From Barthelona sp. PCE (lineage: Eukaryota), in assembly GCA_040285745.1 (NCBI GenBank), contig JAUFOR010000002.1:124001-188000 (forward strand): DNA of 64,000 nucleotides. Reading direction: 5' to 3'. Made by a program: the position numbers and the translations under genes. This document shows positions 49,958-60,975 of the stretch, piece after piece (position 1 is the first letter of the stretch; each line of letters starts with the position of its first letter). Below the pieces are notes generated by a model that was given only the letters and a program-made list of their open reading frames with translations, searched no databases and had not been told where the DNA came from.

Positions 49958-51595
49958 TTATTTTCTCTTCCTTTTTGAAATGAAAGATTTCATTACTTTT
50001 TCGATACGCTTGTTACGAATGCGGTCCTGTCTCAGCACACCGATATGGTTTTCTATATCATTAATACGATTGAAACACATTGACAACACGTGTTCCAAAT
50101 CTTCATTGAAAACATTGGTGATATCTCGATCTTCTTTTAGCAATTCTTCCATCTCCTCTAGTTTCTGTCTTGAAACCTCTGCATACTCTTTACGATGTTG
50201 TGAAGAGAGTGTATTTGCCAAATTTGTGAGTTGATTTCGACGATCTCTGAGGAAATCACGTTGTTTACGCTCGATTTGTCTGTTCAATATTACACGATCA
50301 CGATCTGCACTGTCTTGTTCTTTTAGCATATTATCAAAGAGACCATTCAGCATATCCTTAAGATTAGCCTTTTCTTGTTTACCATTTGATACGTCAGTGT
50401 ATAAGTTCTTCAATGAATCAACAATTTTCTTGCTCTTACTCTCAAACAGTGAACCATTTCTTTTAACCTCATGATCCTTTTCTGTAAGAAACATGTGCAT
50501 CTCCTGACGCTTCTCTTTCTCACTAATAATGCGGCGTTCCAGCAACATTATAATATCTCGTATGGAACGGAGTAACCCAGCTTTCTTTTTCCGAAGTTTT
50601 CTAATATCATTTGTATCAATTGTATCTTTTAAAGATGTATCTGTGCATAAACTGACCAAGAGAGTTAACTCCTGTTCGGTTAAGAAACGTGGTAACTGCT
50701 TCAGTTCATCATTGATCCCATGATTAACAAGTTTGCTAATTAAATCATCAAACTCTTCCTCCGGTTCGTCATTGTCAAATGTAAGTTTCTTTTTATCATT
50801 TTTAACACGTTTCAATAACTTTTTGTTTCTTTGTGCAATACGTCTACGACGATCCTCGTTGCTTCTCTTATTTTGTCTTCTAACTGGCTTCTTTGGAGTT
50901 TTATACTTGATAATTTGCTTCTTTTTAGGTACTTTCTTCTTCTTTTTCGATTTAGTCTTGGTGCTTTTAGCAACAAACTCTGGTTCTAACTCCGGATCCG
51001 GTTCCCTCTTAGTAGGAGAGACGCTCGGTACGATGACAACATGATCTTCTCTTTGCCTTATCATCTCATCCTTTGCAATAAGTTGTTTCTGTAGCCTTTC
51101 AATATCGCTTTCAAGAGCGGAATTGCGCTGACGAATTGCATCGATTTCTAAGCTTTCCTCGATCCTTGTTCGGTCCACATTCGTGGATATGGGCTTTTCG
51201 GGCAGTGTTTGAACTTGTTTTGTTATAGGACGCTGCAAAGTAAGAAAGTAAAAAACTTCAAGCAGGTGTACGATGCTTGTGTAGAATTGAGGGTGTGAAT
51301 AGAATACAATGGACTCAGGGGAGATGTGTGAGAATGCTGAAGCGCGTAGATTGAGCACATCATTTGCTAGATAATTCAAAAGCGCCTGCGCATTATGAAT
51401 TGCATCTTCATCTGAGAGCGGCCTGCGAATGACATCTGTGACTTTCTTGTGATATAGGTGTTCTAAAATGCATATAAAATAGGATGGGGTGACATCTTCC
51501 AGTTTTTCAACTTCAAAATCGTTTGAAACAACGCTTTGCAAGATTTCGTTGGCAGCATGAAGCACTTCGCTGCGCTGTGGCTTCTTATCCTTCAT
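49958..51595 (-). CDS. CEP95-like centrosomal coiled-coil protein (DUF5745-type N-terminus)
   Basis: IRRPLSDEDAIHNAQALLNYLANDVL...SHISPESIV...SIVHLLEVF followed by coiled coil. Confidence 0.6.
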   Translation of the reverse strand: MKDKKPQRSEVLHAANEILQSVVSNDFEVEKLEDVTPSYFICILEHLYHKKVTDVIRRPLSDEDAIHNAQALLNYLANDVLNLRASAFSHISPESIVFYSHPQFYTSIVHLLEVFYFLTLQRPITKQVQTLPEKPISTNVDRTRIEESLEIDAIRQRNSALESDIERLQKQLIAKDEMIRQREDHVVIVPSVSPTKREPDPELEPEFVAKSTKTKSKKKKKVPKKKQIIKYKTPKKPVRRQNKRSNEDRRRRIAQRNKKLLKRVKNDKKKLTFDNDEPEEEFDDLISKLVNHGINDELKQLPRFLTEQELTLLVSLCTDTSLKDTIDTNDIRKLRKKKAGLLRSIRDIIMLLERRIISEKEKRQEMHMFLTEKDHEVKRNGSLFESKSKKIVDSLKNLYTDVSNGKQEKANLKDMLNGLFDNMLKEQDSADRDRVILNRQIERKQRDFLRDRRNQLTNLANTLSSQHRKEYAEVSRQKLEEMEELLKEDRDITNVFNEDLEHVLSMCFNRINDIENHIGVLRQDRIRNKRIEKVMKSFISKRKRK

Positions 51596-52051
51596 CCCAC
51601 TTGTGTAAAAAAGGAGTATTTTGCTATAACAATTGAAGTTTAACTATCTTAATATAGTGGATAGTTTAACTGATTTAAACGTGTTTAAGTGATGTTCAAT
51701 ACAAGGTACTTCCATAATAAAGCCACATTTTATTGTATAATCAACAAAAACCTTGTTCATTATGTTGCAAGGTTGAGGTGGTTTTAGAATACCAAAATTG
51801 GGTTAAATTCTATATTATTCTTGTTTTTACTATCAAACCAAATTTTAGCTAATAATTCAATAGGAATTCAAATCTTTGCGATTTACAAATTTTTGATGAA
51901 TCAGTATCTGTAAAAGTGACATAAATGAACCAAGAAGGGCAGGCCTAGGATGATACGTTTGAGTGAGGAGGAACTATAGTGATTTGAGTTTTCTTTCTCT
52001 TTTGTTTAAATATAGTCCTCATTTTTTGTTGAAGCACTTTAATACTGCAGC

Positions 52052-53035
52052 ATGAACGAATCCACACCACTAACTGCGGCTCCCATAAAACCGACAGAAT
52101 ATATTCCAGCAGAACCTGTTCTTGAAGAATCTACAACTAGTTCGATCTTCCCAAAACATGCTCTCCTCATTAATATAAGCGTTTTTTTTCTTTGCTTTCT
52201 TATTGTGATATTTTCTTTCAGTGCATCAGCTTTCTTCGGATCTTTCATGGTTTTAGTAATTCAAGTTAAATTCTACCATCCATACGTTGGCTACATCACC
52301 TTAAAAGACCGTGATGACATTTCTAAGACGATAAAAACAGTCATTGCAGTTTTTGATGCAGTTCATTTGTTGTTATCTTTTAGTGTTGTTTTCTTCATGA
52401 CAAACACGACCATTTTCCTCATCGTTGGTGGTGTTATGCTTCTTTTGGGTCATATGACTGTGTTTTCGGTTCGTTTCTTCTACTTCTCCAAGAAGCATTC
52501 GTTTTATACCTTTTCAGGAATAATGTGCATTGTGTGTCTGATTGACCTTGGTATTGAAATCAACCTCGTCACAGAAACACCGTTTCATTACACAGATTCC
52601 AGATCTTACAAGAGTTCAATTTTTGTTATTGCTCATACTTTGTACAGCATTGTATATATTTGGCGTCTTACAAAGTTCAGCAGTGCTGGAACGATGGAGC
52701 TTACTGGCAATGAGATCATTGCAATCATTCAGTGTTTCATTTGTTGCCTCTTTACCTGGTTTATCACACCTTGGTTTATTCGCGGTTGGTATTATTTTTT
52801 CGAAAATTATGATCCTAAGCATCTTGATACAGCACAATTTTTGTGGGATTGGGGAAGAGGAACTACATTTTTCGGTCAAGTAGCCTTTATTACTATTGCA
52901 GTTCTTCTTATCATTTGGTTGCTCATTACTTTCTTCAGGATCATTAGGAATTGCGTCTCTTCTTATGGTGAGTACGTTGAAAACTATGATCGTTTATACA
53001 ACAACGGAAAGAAGAAAGTTTCTAACCCAGTCTAA
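52052..53035 (+). CDS. Multi-pass membrane protein of unknown family
   Basis: About 7-8 hydrophobic segments. Confidence 0.7.
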   Translation: MNESTPLTAAPIKPTEYIPAEPVLEESTTSSIFPKHALLINISVFFLCFLIVIFSFSASAFFGSFMVLVIQVKFYHPYVGYITLKDRDDISKTIKTVIAVFDAVHLLLSFSVVFFMTNTTIFLIVGGVMLLLGHMTVFSVRFFYFSKKHSFYTFSGIMCIVCLIDLGIEINLVTETPFHYTDSRSYKSSIFVIAHTLYSIVYIWRLTKFSSAGTMELTGNEIIAIIQCFICCLFTWFITPWFIRGWYYFFENYDPKHLDTAQFLWDWGRGTTFFGQVAFITIAVLLIIWLLITFFRIIRNCVSSYGEYVENYDRLYNNGKKKVSNPV

Positions 53036-53345
53036 ATTGTTATTTAGTGGTTTTCTTGAATACAAACCGTATATGAGTGCTAATAATACACTCTTTTTAA
53101 TGTTAATATGTCCATAAACTAAATAAATTCCTATTTATCAATTTTTTTTCAACTCGTATGAGATAGATTTACAACTTCTAGCTACGATCAGCGGTACAAA
53201 TATGCGTGAATCTTGGTGTTTGAGTGGTCATTTCACCGCGAACATTCAGGAAAAGTAATTCCTGCAGCATACCGAATTTATCCCTCTTTGCTCTTTTTGA
53301 AAGTTTTTAACACCTTAACCGGTTACTTACAAGTTATTTACTCCT

Positions 53346-54488
53346 ATGGACATCTCATTGAACGCTATTGCCAACTTTTTTGGTACGATCAGTTTAATTC
53401 TATTCATGATTGCCTATTTCTTCCCGATAAGGCTCAGCTACAAGCTGAAGGCAACAGATCTCTCCTTACCGTTCGTTATATTTTGGATTATTGGAGATAC
53501 GCTTGCCTTGTTAGGACTTTTTATCACTGGAACCTTTGTCACCTCACAGCTCCTCATCCATATCTTTTTTGTGGTCATGAACTTTGTTCTTCTCACACAG
53601 TATCACTTATATAAGAAGAAGAGCGATGCTGAGCAGTTAGAAAATGACGAGTTCGAACTTAAATTGCCTTCTATGATGCCTGCTTTTATTATGTTAATCG
53701 GTGTTGGCTTTACACAGGTCCGTGCTGCTGAAGGTTCACTCTTTGGTATTGAAATTAATACATATGCTACTGTTCTTCCATGGGTAAGCACATTGATGTA
53801 TTTCTCTTCTCGTGTGTCCCAGGTATACAAAAACTACCAGGACAAGAGTTGCGAGTCACTCTCAATTGGAATGTTCATGTGTACGTTCACTGGTAACGTG
53901 GTGTACTGTGTTCAGGTTATCATTTCCGTCTACGATCACAACGGAACTACTTTCGGACGTCAGCTCCCTTACATGATGAGCACCGGTTTCATTGCAATGT
54001 TAGATCTTGTTGTGTTGTATCAGTTCAAGCTTTATAAGCCCACTGATATTGCTGTTAATGAAGACAGAAAGACAGGTACTCCATCTCTCGAAGTCCTCGT
54101 TGATGACGTCCATAACGCCTCCCCCCGCCTCTCCTCATCCGTTGACGAAGATATTGACATCGTCCAATACTGTCTTGATCTCCTTGCAGTGGATGAGCAT
54201 GATAGCCATGAAGTCGATATTCCTCATATCAAATCTCTTATTGAGGAACACACTCTCAACCCGTTTGATAGGTTAAAGGGTGTTCAAAAGGAAGATCTTG
54301 AACTTGCAATCGTGTCTACGGTTTATTATTTATACACTTGCTCTGTTGAAGAAACGACCTTTGAAGAGATAATTAGTGAAGTACTTGAGCGTGTTGAAAA
54401 GCTCGAGAGTGATGAGATTGAACATTTGTTTAACAATGATCAGTTTGTTATCGCTATTGCTTCTGAAAAAAAATCCCCCCAACTATAA
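53346..54488 (+). CDS. PQ-loop family transporter (PQLC2/Ypq-like) with an acidic C-terminal extension
   Basis: LSLPFVIFWIIGD and YFSSRVSQVYKNY...SCESLSIGMF...GN in a 7-TM layout. The PQ dipeptides are degenerate. Confidence 0.75.
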   Translation: MDISLNAIANFFGTISLILFMIAYFFPIRLSYKLKATDLSLPFVIFWIIGDTLALLGLFITGTFVTSQLLIHIFFVVMNFVLLTQYHLYKKKSDAEQLENDEFELKLPSMMPAFIMLIGVGFTQVRAAEGSLFGIEINTYATVLPWVSTLMYFSSRVSQVYKNYQDKSCESLSIGMFMCTFTGNVVYCVQVIISVYDHNGTTFGRQLPYMMSTGFIAMLDLVVLYQFKLYKPTDIAVNEDRKTGTPSLEVLVDDVHNASPRLSSSVDEDIDIVQYCLDLLAVDEHDSHEVDIPHIKSLIEEHTLNPFDRLKGVQKEDLELAIVSTVYYLYTCSVEETTFEEIISEVLERVEKLESDEIEHLFNNDQFVIAIASEKKSPQL

Positions 54489-54511
54489 TCCCCCCAATAA
54501 ATACCACATTA

Positions 54512-55729
54512 TCAGTTTACTTGTTGCATACCATATAGCGTACAGAATGCTCTAATATCGTTTGCACAATGATCTGGGACAATGATAACGTGATTACCTG
54601 GACATTTAAATATTCCATCTACTGATGTATCATTATACAGTGTTACACTCATTTGAGTGCGGCATCTGTTTTCTCTGAACCCACCAGCATCGATAGTGAC
54701 ACCTTCTTCAAGATAATATCTCTCCAGGTTCATACCACCTAATCTAAAAATGGTAACCTTTCTCCCAGGACAGAAATAACCCTTCACAGCATAGTTGAGT
54801 TTGGTCTCAAAGTGAGTGTCGAGCTCAGCGTAATCAGGAATCTCAGGCGCAATTGTACAGTGAGCAAAGTCCAAGGAACGTGACTCTTCATCAACAGATT
54901 GCGGGTTGGCCATGAAACAGGGCATGTCACTCACTAACCGCGCAATATGCATCGAGAGGGTTGCTTGTATGTCTCCTTCACAACCAGCAGTCATATGCTT
55001 ATTCAACAAAGAAAGCGACAGGCATGCAGTTATGCTTGGGTCAATACGTTTAATCATGTCAAAGCAGCATATACTCATCATTTCAGCATTATGTGTCTCG
55101 CAAAGATTCTCAATAGCAGTGTGAAGTCTGAGGAATGGGATATTTTGTTCTGTTGGTTCAAAACCGTTAAGCTCTTGAAATTTAACAGCGGCTTCCTCGG
55201 TTTTATCCGCTGCAGTGATGTTATATAGCTCAAGCAATTCATCCAAATCAATTTTGATGATATTCGTACCGAACTTATCTTTGATTAACTTATCCTGCAA
55301 TGTAGTGGCACCCGAGGCAATGAGCCACTGTGAGGGGTTCCCAATAAGGAGGAAATTGGTTCCATGAAGTCTATTGGCAACCTTCATACTGTTACCAATA
55401 TCTGAATTGAGATGATCTGTGATGTCATCGTGGCTGATGATCTTCACATTCACCCCTTTCTGTTCCAGGTATGCGTTAACCTCTATTGTCGCTGCAAGTG
55501 AGTTGTCTGAACCAGAAAACACTAATAACATGCGTCTGTGCATAAATTCGGATTCATTCTTGGTGTAAAACTCTCTTAAAGCTCCCTCAGTACCTCCTGT
55601 TAAACAAAAAATACCGACATGCTCCCCATTGAAAACAAAATCCGGATTTTGATCCATAATGATAAATTCAACCCCATCAACATGCCTAGGCGTAACACTA
55701 AGATCTGTTCTGAAACATAAAATCTTCAT
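54512..55729 (-). CDS. L-fucose/L-arabinose isomerase-like protein (prokaryotic type)
   Basis: TGGTE, GNPSQWLIAS, GCEGD, FMANP, AHCTI, THFET, CRTQ, GNH motifs. Start taken at ATG 55729. Confidence 0.75.
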   Translation of the reverse strand: MKILCFRTDLSVTPRHVDGVEFIIMDQNPDFVFNGEHVGIFCLTGGTEGALREFYTKNESEFMHRRMLLVFSGSDNSLAATIEVNAYLEQKGVNVKIISHDDITDHLNSDIGNSMKVANRLHGTNFLLIGNPSQWLIASGATTLQDKLIKDKFGTNIIKIDLDELLELYNITAADKTEEAAVKFQELNGFEPTEQNIPFLRLHTAIENLCETHNAEMMSICCFDMIKRIDPSITACLSLSLLNKHMTAGCEGDIQATLSMHIARLVSDMPCFMANPQSVDEESRSLDFAHCTIAPEIPDYAELDTHFETKLNYAVKGYFCPGRKVTIFRLGGMNLERYYLEEGVTIDAGGFRENRCRTQMSVTLYNDTSVDGIFKCPGNHVIIVPDHCANDIRAFCTLYGMQQVN

Positions 55730-55795
55730 TTTAAAATAAAGTTGTGAATGGAGAAAAAAACAATTAAACAATACTTCTATTTACTACAACTGATG

Positions 55796-56722
55796 TTACA
55801 GGTCGAACTTCCAGATATGCACAATCTTATCACAGCCGCCAGAACATACATAGCCTTCATGGAAAGAAAGATTTAAGATATTTGATCTAGAGATGCCTTG
55901 ACATTCAACATGAGTGTTATCATCAAGGTCAAAGAAGAAGAACTTCTTGTCATCACCGGTTGACAGGAGCATGTTGTCTCTGAGGAGGAGCATTGCTTTG
56001 ATTTTCTTCTGGTGACCCATCAAGATTTGTCCCTTTTGTAGTCCATCATTGACGGCCCAGCAGATGATGGTGTTGTCAAAGGAACCTGAAAACAGACGTT
56101 TCTCGACTCTATCAAAGATCAGAGAGCGAATTGAACCGCGATGACCTTCATGCTCTGCCAACACAACAGGGTTTGTCTCGTTGGAGATGTCCACGGAGTA
56201 GATGTTACGGTTGTATGCACCACAATAGGCGATTTTTGCATCGGTATCGAATGTTAGACAAGAAAGCCATGCAGAACACACGTATAATCGAGAAAAAGAT
56301 CCGTCCTGGTAGTTGTAAACGGTCAGATACTTATCACGCGAGACACTAATAATCAGATGACGCTCGTTATCGATAGCAATAGCAGTAACACGGTTACGAT
56401 GAGGTTCAAAATCTCCATTGGGAACAAGCCTGGGGGTTCCTGTCATATCAAGGGAAAAGAAAAGGATAGTTCCTGACTTTAAACCAACGTAAAATGTAGA
56501 ATCATGATTGTTATAGACCAAACATGAAGGATGTGATGCTGTTTGATGCATTTGCAACTGGATAAACGTTTGTTCGTTCTCCTTTACACGCCAAAGACGG
56601 ATAGTCTTATCCTCTGCAATAGAAACACACAGGTTTAAATCTGAGAGGTAATACGCTCCATTGACGTCTCCTTTATGCCCTGAAATCTTGCATACTTCGT
56701 GAAATTGTGGAGCTTCAGCCAT
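55796..56722 (-). CDS. WD40-repeat protein
   Basis: GH...WD-type repeats, for example GHRGSIRSL...LFSGSFDNTIICW. Confidence 0.9.
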   Translation of the reverse strand: MAEAPQFHEVCKISGHKGDVNGAYYLSDLNLCVSIAEDKTIRLWRVKENEQTFIQLQMHQTASHPSCLVYNNHDSTFYVGLKSGTILFFSLDMTGTPRLVPNGDFEPHRNRVTAIAIDNERHLIISVSRDKYLTVYNYQDGSFSRLYVCSAWLSCLTFDTDAKIAYCGAYNRNIYSVDISNETNPVVLAEHEGHRGSIRSLIFDRVEKRLFSGSFDNTIICWAVNDGLQKGQILMGHQKKIKAMLLLRDNMLLSTGDDKKFFFFDLDDNTHVECQGISRSNILNLSFHEGYVCSGGCDKIVHIWKFDL

Positions 56723-57143
56723 TAAATATATTGATATGGGTATAAATCTTCAAAACTCTTTTTTGTAAACTTTTTGGCTATCATCAATCCTGAACTTTGA
56801 GTTAATATCTTGTATAATGGACGGGAACGATGGTAAATTATTCAAATAACATTATTGATTGAAGAAGTTTCATCCCTGCTTAACTTCAATAAACTTTTTG
56901 TCTGTCTGAACAAGTCCAATGCACCATTCTGTATTGCCATGTTGCAATACAAAAGCACTTAAACAGTTATATTCTCCTAGTAAATACCTGCAATGTGTTG
57001 AGTTCAATGTTTTTAAGATATTTACAATAAAGTTGGATATAAAATAAAGGTTTAACAACGAATAATTGATAATCTGGCATATATATATAAAACAGTACTA
57101 CTTTCTCGTTTTTTTCCTTTTCAAATTGTTATACACACTTTAA

Positions 57144-58697
57144 ATGAACTCTGAGATTCTGAGGAAGAGACTTGCATCTTTTCGCAAGAAGGAAAGTACA
57201 TCAACAGGACTTCCTGCAAAAGTACAGACAAAGGCAGCACCTAAGAAGAAAAAACAGTTCTTCCGCGATGCTAACAAATCAGGAGCAAACGAAATTGAGG
57301 TTTCTGAGCTGATTGAATCCGAACCAGAGGCACCTTTTGATGAGTATTCTGAATTCATGAAAGAAGGGGCTTTATCGGGCAAAACAGAAGAAGAAGACTT
57401 CGAGACAGTTGATCTCGGGGATGAATTTAGCGATGAAGATGAAGAATTGCAAGATCTCATTCTGGAGAAGAAGGCTGAAGATTTTATGAACACAATGCTC
57501 GAAAATCAACGTCTTGCACAGGAGGATATCCAGGAACAGATGCTTGAAGAGGATAGCAGCCTCATAACCAACGTTTCAGTACCTGAAACTTATAAAGTTA
57601 ATGATGATCAGATCCTTATGAAGGATACCATCCTCACCCTTGATCGCACAGTTCTTCGTGAGGAGATCGACAATGCACTGCGTACCCTTGCTAACTTCAA
57701 AAGCATTCCCCAGGAAAAGCGCCCTAGCAGATCACAGCTTATTTCTCAACTCAAAACACATTTGTCTGCATTCTACGGATGGTTACCATCACTTATTGAT
57801 AGGTTCTTCAACATGTTCAGTATCGATGAGGTCATTGCATTCCTCGAAGCCGCAGAAATGCCTCGTCCCACAACTATTCGTGTTAACACATTGAAGGCAC
57901 GTGTGAAGGACGTCTACAGATACCTAACCTCAAAGGGAGCGAAGATCAAGAAGGTACCGTGGGCCAAGGAGTGCCTTCAGATTGTAGATTCCCAGGTTCG
58001 AATCGGTGGTACTGCTTCATATCTCACAGGTAATTACATGCTCCAGACTGCCGCATCTCTCATGCCTGTAATTGCTTTAGACCCAAAGCCCGGCATGAAG
58101 TGCCTTGATATGGCATGTGCTCCAGGTGGTAAGACAGCTCATATGGCAGCACTCATGAAGAACCGTGGTGAGCTCATTGCTAACGATCTTCGTAAAGATA
58201 GACTGGTTGCAGTTTTTGCTAACTTGCATCGTTTGGGTGTTCGGATTGCGTCTATTATTAATTTTGACGGTAAGGATATTCCAGAAAATATCGGTCTTTT
58301 CGATCGCGTGCTTTTGGATGCCCCTTGTTCAGGTCTTGGTGTCATTGATCGTGACCCTTCGGCAAAGTTGCGCAGAAACGATAAGGATATCGGTCGCAGC
58401 TCACACTTACAGAGAGAACTTATTCGTAAAGCTTTTGCTATGGTTAAGCCTGGTGGTTACATGGTTTACTCCACCTGTTCCATTTTATGTGAGGAGAATG
58501 AAGGTGTTGTTGATTATTTGATCAAGAGATGCAGTAACGCAAAGATTGTTGACAGCGGTTTGGAGTTTGGAGAAAACGGTTTTACTCGTATTAAGACTCA
58601 TCAATACTCCAATGAATTAGCTAAAACAAAGCGTTATTATCCCCATCGTCATAACTTCAGTGGTTTCTATGTTGCCAAAATCCAAAAGGTTCAATAA
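57144..58697 (+). CDS. NOP2: 25S/28S rRNA m5C methyltransferase Nop2/NSUN1
   Basis: LDMACAPGGKT, FDRVLLDAPCSG, VYSTCS, RYYPHRHNFSGFYVAK. Confidence 0.95.
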   Translation: MNSEILRKRLASFRKKESTSTGLPAKVQTKAAPKKKKQFFRDANKSGANEIEVSELIESEPEAPFDEYSEFMKEGALSGKTEEEDFETVDLGDEFSDEDEELQDLILEKKAEDFMNTMLENQRLAQEDIQEQMLEEDSSLITNVSVPETYKVNDDQILMKDTILTLDRTVLREEIDNALRTLANFKSIPQEKRPSRSQLISQLKTHLSAFYGWLPSLIDRFFNMFSIDEVIAFLEAAEMPRPTTIRVNTLKARVKDVYRYLTSKGAKIKKVPWAKECLQIVDSQVRIGGTASYLTGNYMLQTAASLMPVIALDPKPGMKCLDMACAPGGKTAHMAALMKNRGELIANDLRKDRLVAVFANLHRLGVRIASIINFDGKDIPENIGLFDRVLLDAPCSGLGVIDRDPSAKLRRNDKDIGRSSHLQRELIRKAFAMVKPGGYMVYSTCSILCEENEGVVDYLIKRCSNAKIVDSGLEFGENGFTRIKTHQYSNELAKTKRYYPHRHNFSGFYVAKIQKVQ

Positions 58698-58975
58698 ACA
58701 AGAAGAATTGTTTTAGTTCATCTATTTAGCAGCATTAGACGCAAGGGCGCACGCTGAGAGGGAGGGTCTGAAACATCCATGTCACGCACGCGCAGAAGGA
58801 CAGACTAGAAGATTGATTTTCATAAAAACAGAATCTACCCAAAACAGCTCACTCCAACAGTCCCACTTTCACAGTAAGATGCATGCTTCATATGCCATCC
58901 ATCCACAACTTGTGTACCTCTGAGGTCCATCTAACAACACATTCAATTTTCTCTCTGTAATCACAGTACACAATA

Positions 58976-59725
58976 ATGTTTAACAATATGCAACAGCCTG
59001 GTATGGGTATGCAGCCCGGTATGGGTATGCAGCCTGGTATGGGTATGCAGCCTGGAATGGGTATGCAGCCTGGTATGGGTCAGCCTGGTATGGGCATGCA
59101 GCCTGGTATGGGCATGCAGCCTGGTATGATGAACCAAGGTTTTGCCGCCCCTCAATTTGGTCAGCCTATGCAGACCAACCCTATGATGAATATGATGCAG
59201 AGTTCTTTCGGTTTCCAAATGCCTCAGTTCGGTCAAGGTATGATGAACCCCCTTCAGCAGAAGTTTCAACAGCTCGATACTGATCGCAGCGGTTCTATCT
59301 CTGCCCCTGAGATCTACCAACAACTTGGTATGAACGGTCCCAACGCCTTCCTTGCCGCTAAGCTGCTCACACGTCTTTTCTCTAATCCCATGAGACCCGG
59401 TGAGATTGATATTCAGTCATTCGCGATGTTTGATGCCTTCCTCCAGAAGCTTCAGGGTATTTGGAGTCAGCTCGGCGCTCGTGATGGTTCCATCTCCGGT
59501 CAAGAATTTTATGCTGTCCAAAGCATGCTCCCTGGTCTCCAGGCCACCCCTGGTATCCTCCAGAACCTCTTCATGACATTTGCTCAGAGAGGTGTCCTCA
59601 ACTATGAAGGTTACGTTGTCGTCTGTACCTTCCTGTACCTTGCTAACCGTCTTATGGCTCAGAGCCCTCAGCTCGCCCAGCTCGGTTATGAGAGCGTCAT
59701 GAACTTCGTTCTCCAGTTTGTCTAA
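58976..59725 (+). CDS. Penta-EF-hand-like (peflin/ALG-2-type) protein with an MQPGMG-repeat N-terminus
   Basis: EF-hand DTDRSGSISAPEI and a Gly/Pro/Met/Gln low-complexity N-terminus. Confidence 0.7.
   Translation: MFNNMQQPGMGMQPGMGMQPGMGMQPGMGMQPGMGQPGMGMQPGMGMQPGMMNQGFAAPQFGQPMQTNPMMNMMQSSFGFQMPQFGQGMMNPLQQKFQQLDTDRSGSISAPEIYQQLGMNGPNAFLAAKLLTRLFSNPMRPGEIDIQSFAMFDAFLQKLQGIWSQLGARDGSISGQEFYAVQSMLPGLQATPGILQNLFMTFAQRGVLNYEGYVVVCTFLYLANRLMAQSPQLAQLGYESVMNFVLQFV
58988..59127 (+). repeat. Coding tandem repeat, 18-bp unit ATGCAGCCTGGTATGGGY (about 7 copies, one shortened)
   Basis: Directly visible in the sequence; encodes MQPGMG. Confidence 0.9.
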
Positions 59726-59911
59726 GCAGCATTTGACATTGGTTAATTAATAAATTCGTTTGTAGTTGCCTGTTTTTTTGTTTTATTCTCCGACCTCAAA
59801 TAATTCATTCATATTCACGTTTTTGGCTCAACATTACGTTGATACAGTAACTAATACTTATAATCCAGAATTGCTGACTTGGAATTTTTTTTTTCCTCCA
59901 ATTTCTATCAA

Positions 59912-60946
59912 ATGACATCTGATAACTTGCCTCTTCTCACAAATAAGACACACGGTTACGATAAAAACGATCCTGCAGCTACATTCGAGCCTTTCTTTCA
60001 CTATAATGAAGATATGTCTGCATGGGAATTCTTTAAGCATTCAATAATGGCCTGGACCCTTTTTCCAATCCGTTATGTGGTTGGTTGGCTTTCTGTTTTC
60101 TTATGTCTTCTTTTCACTGCAATTTTTGCTATTGGAAGAGATAACGAACATGGCACAGTCAGTACTCGTCGATACGGTATCTTCCGCTTCATTGGTCGAA
60201 TCTTTACGCGTTTTCAATTGCTAACATACGGATTTTATTGGCTCAATGTTGAAGGAGAGCAACATGTTGGTCCTAACGGAGAAAAGTATGGTATTGTTGC
60301 AAACCATGTTAGTTGGGTTGATATTTTGGTTGTCTCTACCACCGCATTCCCCGCATACGTTGCTAAGTCTGCCATTCGTGACACACCCGGTGTTGGTTTA
60401 CTTGCAAAGATGTGGGGCTGTTATTTCCTTGATCGTGATGATCCTCTAGCTCGCCAGCATCTTATCGAAAACATTCAACAACGGGCAAGTGATCCTACTT
60501 TGCCTCCTATTGCAATTTTCCCTGAAGGTACCACAACACGAGCTCAATTCATGATGAATTTCAAGAAGGGTGCATTCACTGCTGGTACTCCAGTCCAGCC
60601 TATGCTTCTTTTGTACACTGGTAATAACAATTCCGTTGCTTGGGACACTAATTCCCTCTTTAATGCAATGTTTAGGGTGGGGACACAGTTTTATAACAAA
60701 GTCACAATCAAATATCTTCCTGTTTATTATCCTAACGATGCTGAGAAGGCCGATGCTGTGTTATATGCTAACAACGTTCGTAAATATATGGAGAAAAGTT
60801 CTGGAGGCAAGCTTCAATCAGTCGATCTTCGCTATCGTCACAAGAAGATTTTCGAGGATTATCTTTCAAGCAAAATTGAGTGGGGAGAACTCTTGGACAA
60901 GATGGATCATCCTGATTACACTATTGAGAAATCTCCTCTCTTCTAA
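59912..60946 (+). CDS. Lysophospholipid acyltransferase (LPCAT/LPEAT-like)
   Basis: NHVSWVD (HxxxxD), FPEGTT, FKKGAF...PVQP. Start taken at ATG 59912. Confidence 0.9.
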   Translation: MTSDNLPLLTNKTHGYDKNDPAATFEPFFHYNEDMSAWEFFKHSIMAWTLFPIRYVVGWLSVFLCLLFTAIFAIGRDNEHGTVSTRRYGIFRFIGRIFTRFQLLTYGFYWLNVEGEQHVGPNGEKYGIVANHVSWVDILVVSTTAFPAYVAKSAIRDTPGVGLLAKMWGCYFLDRDDPLARQHLIENIQQRASDPTLPPIAIFPEGTTTRAQFMMNFKKGAFTAGTPVQPMLLLYTGNNNSVAWDTNSLFNAMFRVGTQFYNKVTIKYLPVYYPNDAEKADAVLYANNVRKYMEKSSGGKLQSVDLRYRHKKIFEDYLSSKIEWGELLDKMDHPDYTIEKSPLF

Positions 60947-60975
60947 ACCCTTCATTATTCAAACTTTCATTTATT

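Noticed and set aside
58758-58810. GGAGGGTCTGA...CAGACTA resembling RNase P P4 halves
   Set aside because: Only about 30 nt apart, too short for RNase P; more likely the GC-rich promoter of the PEF gene.
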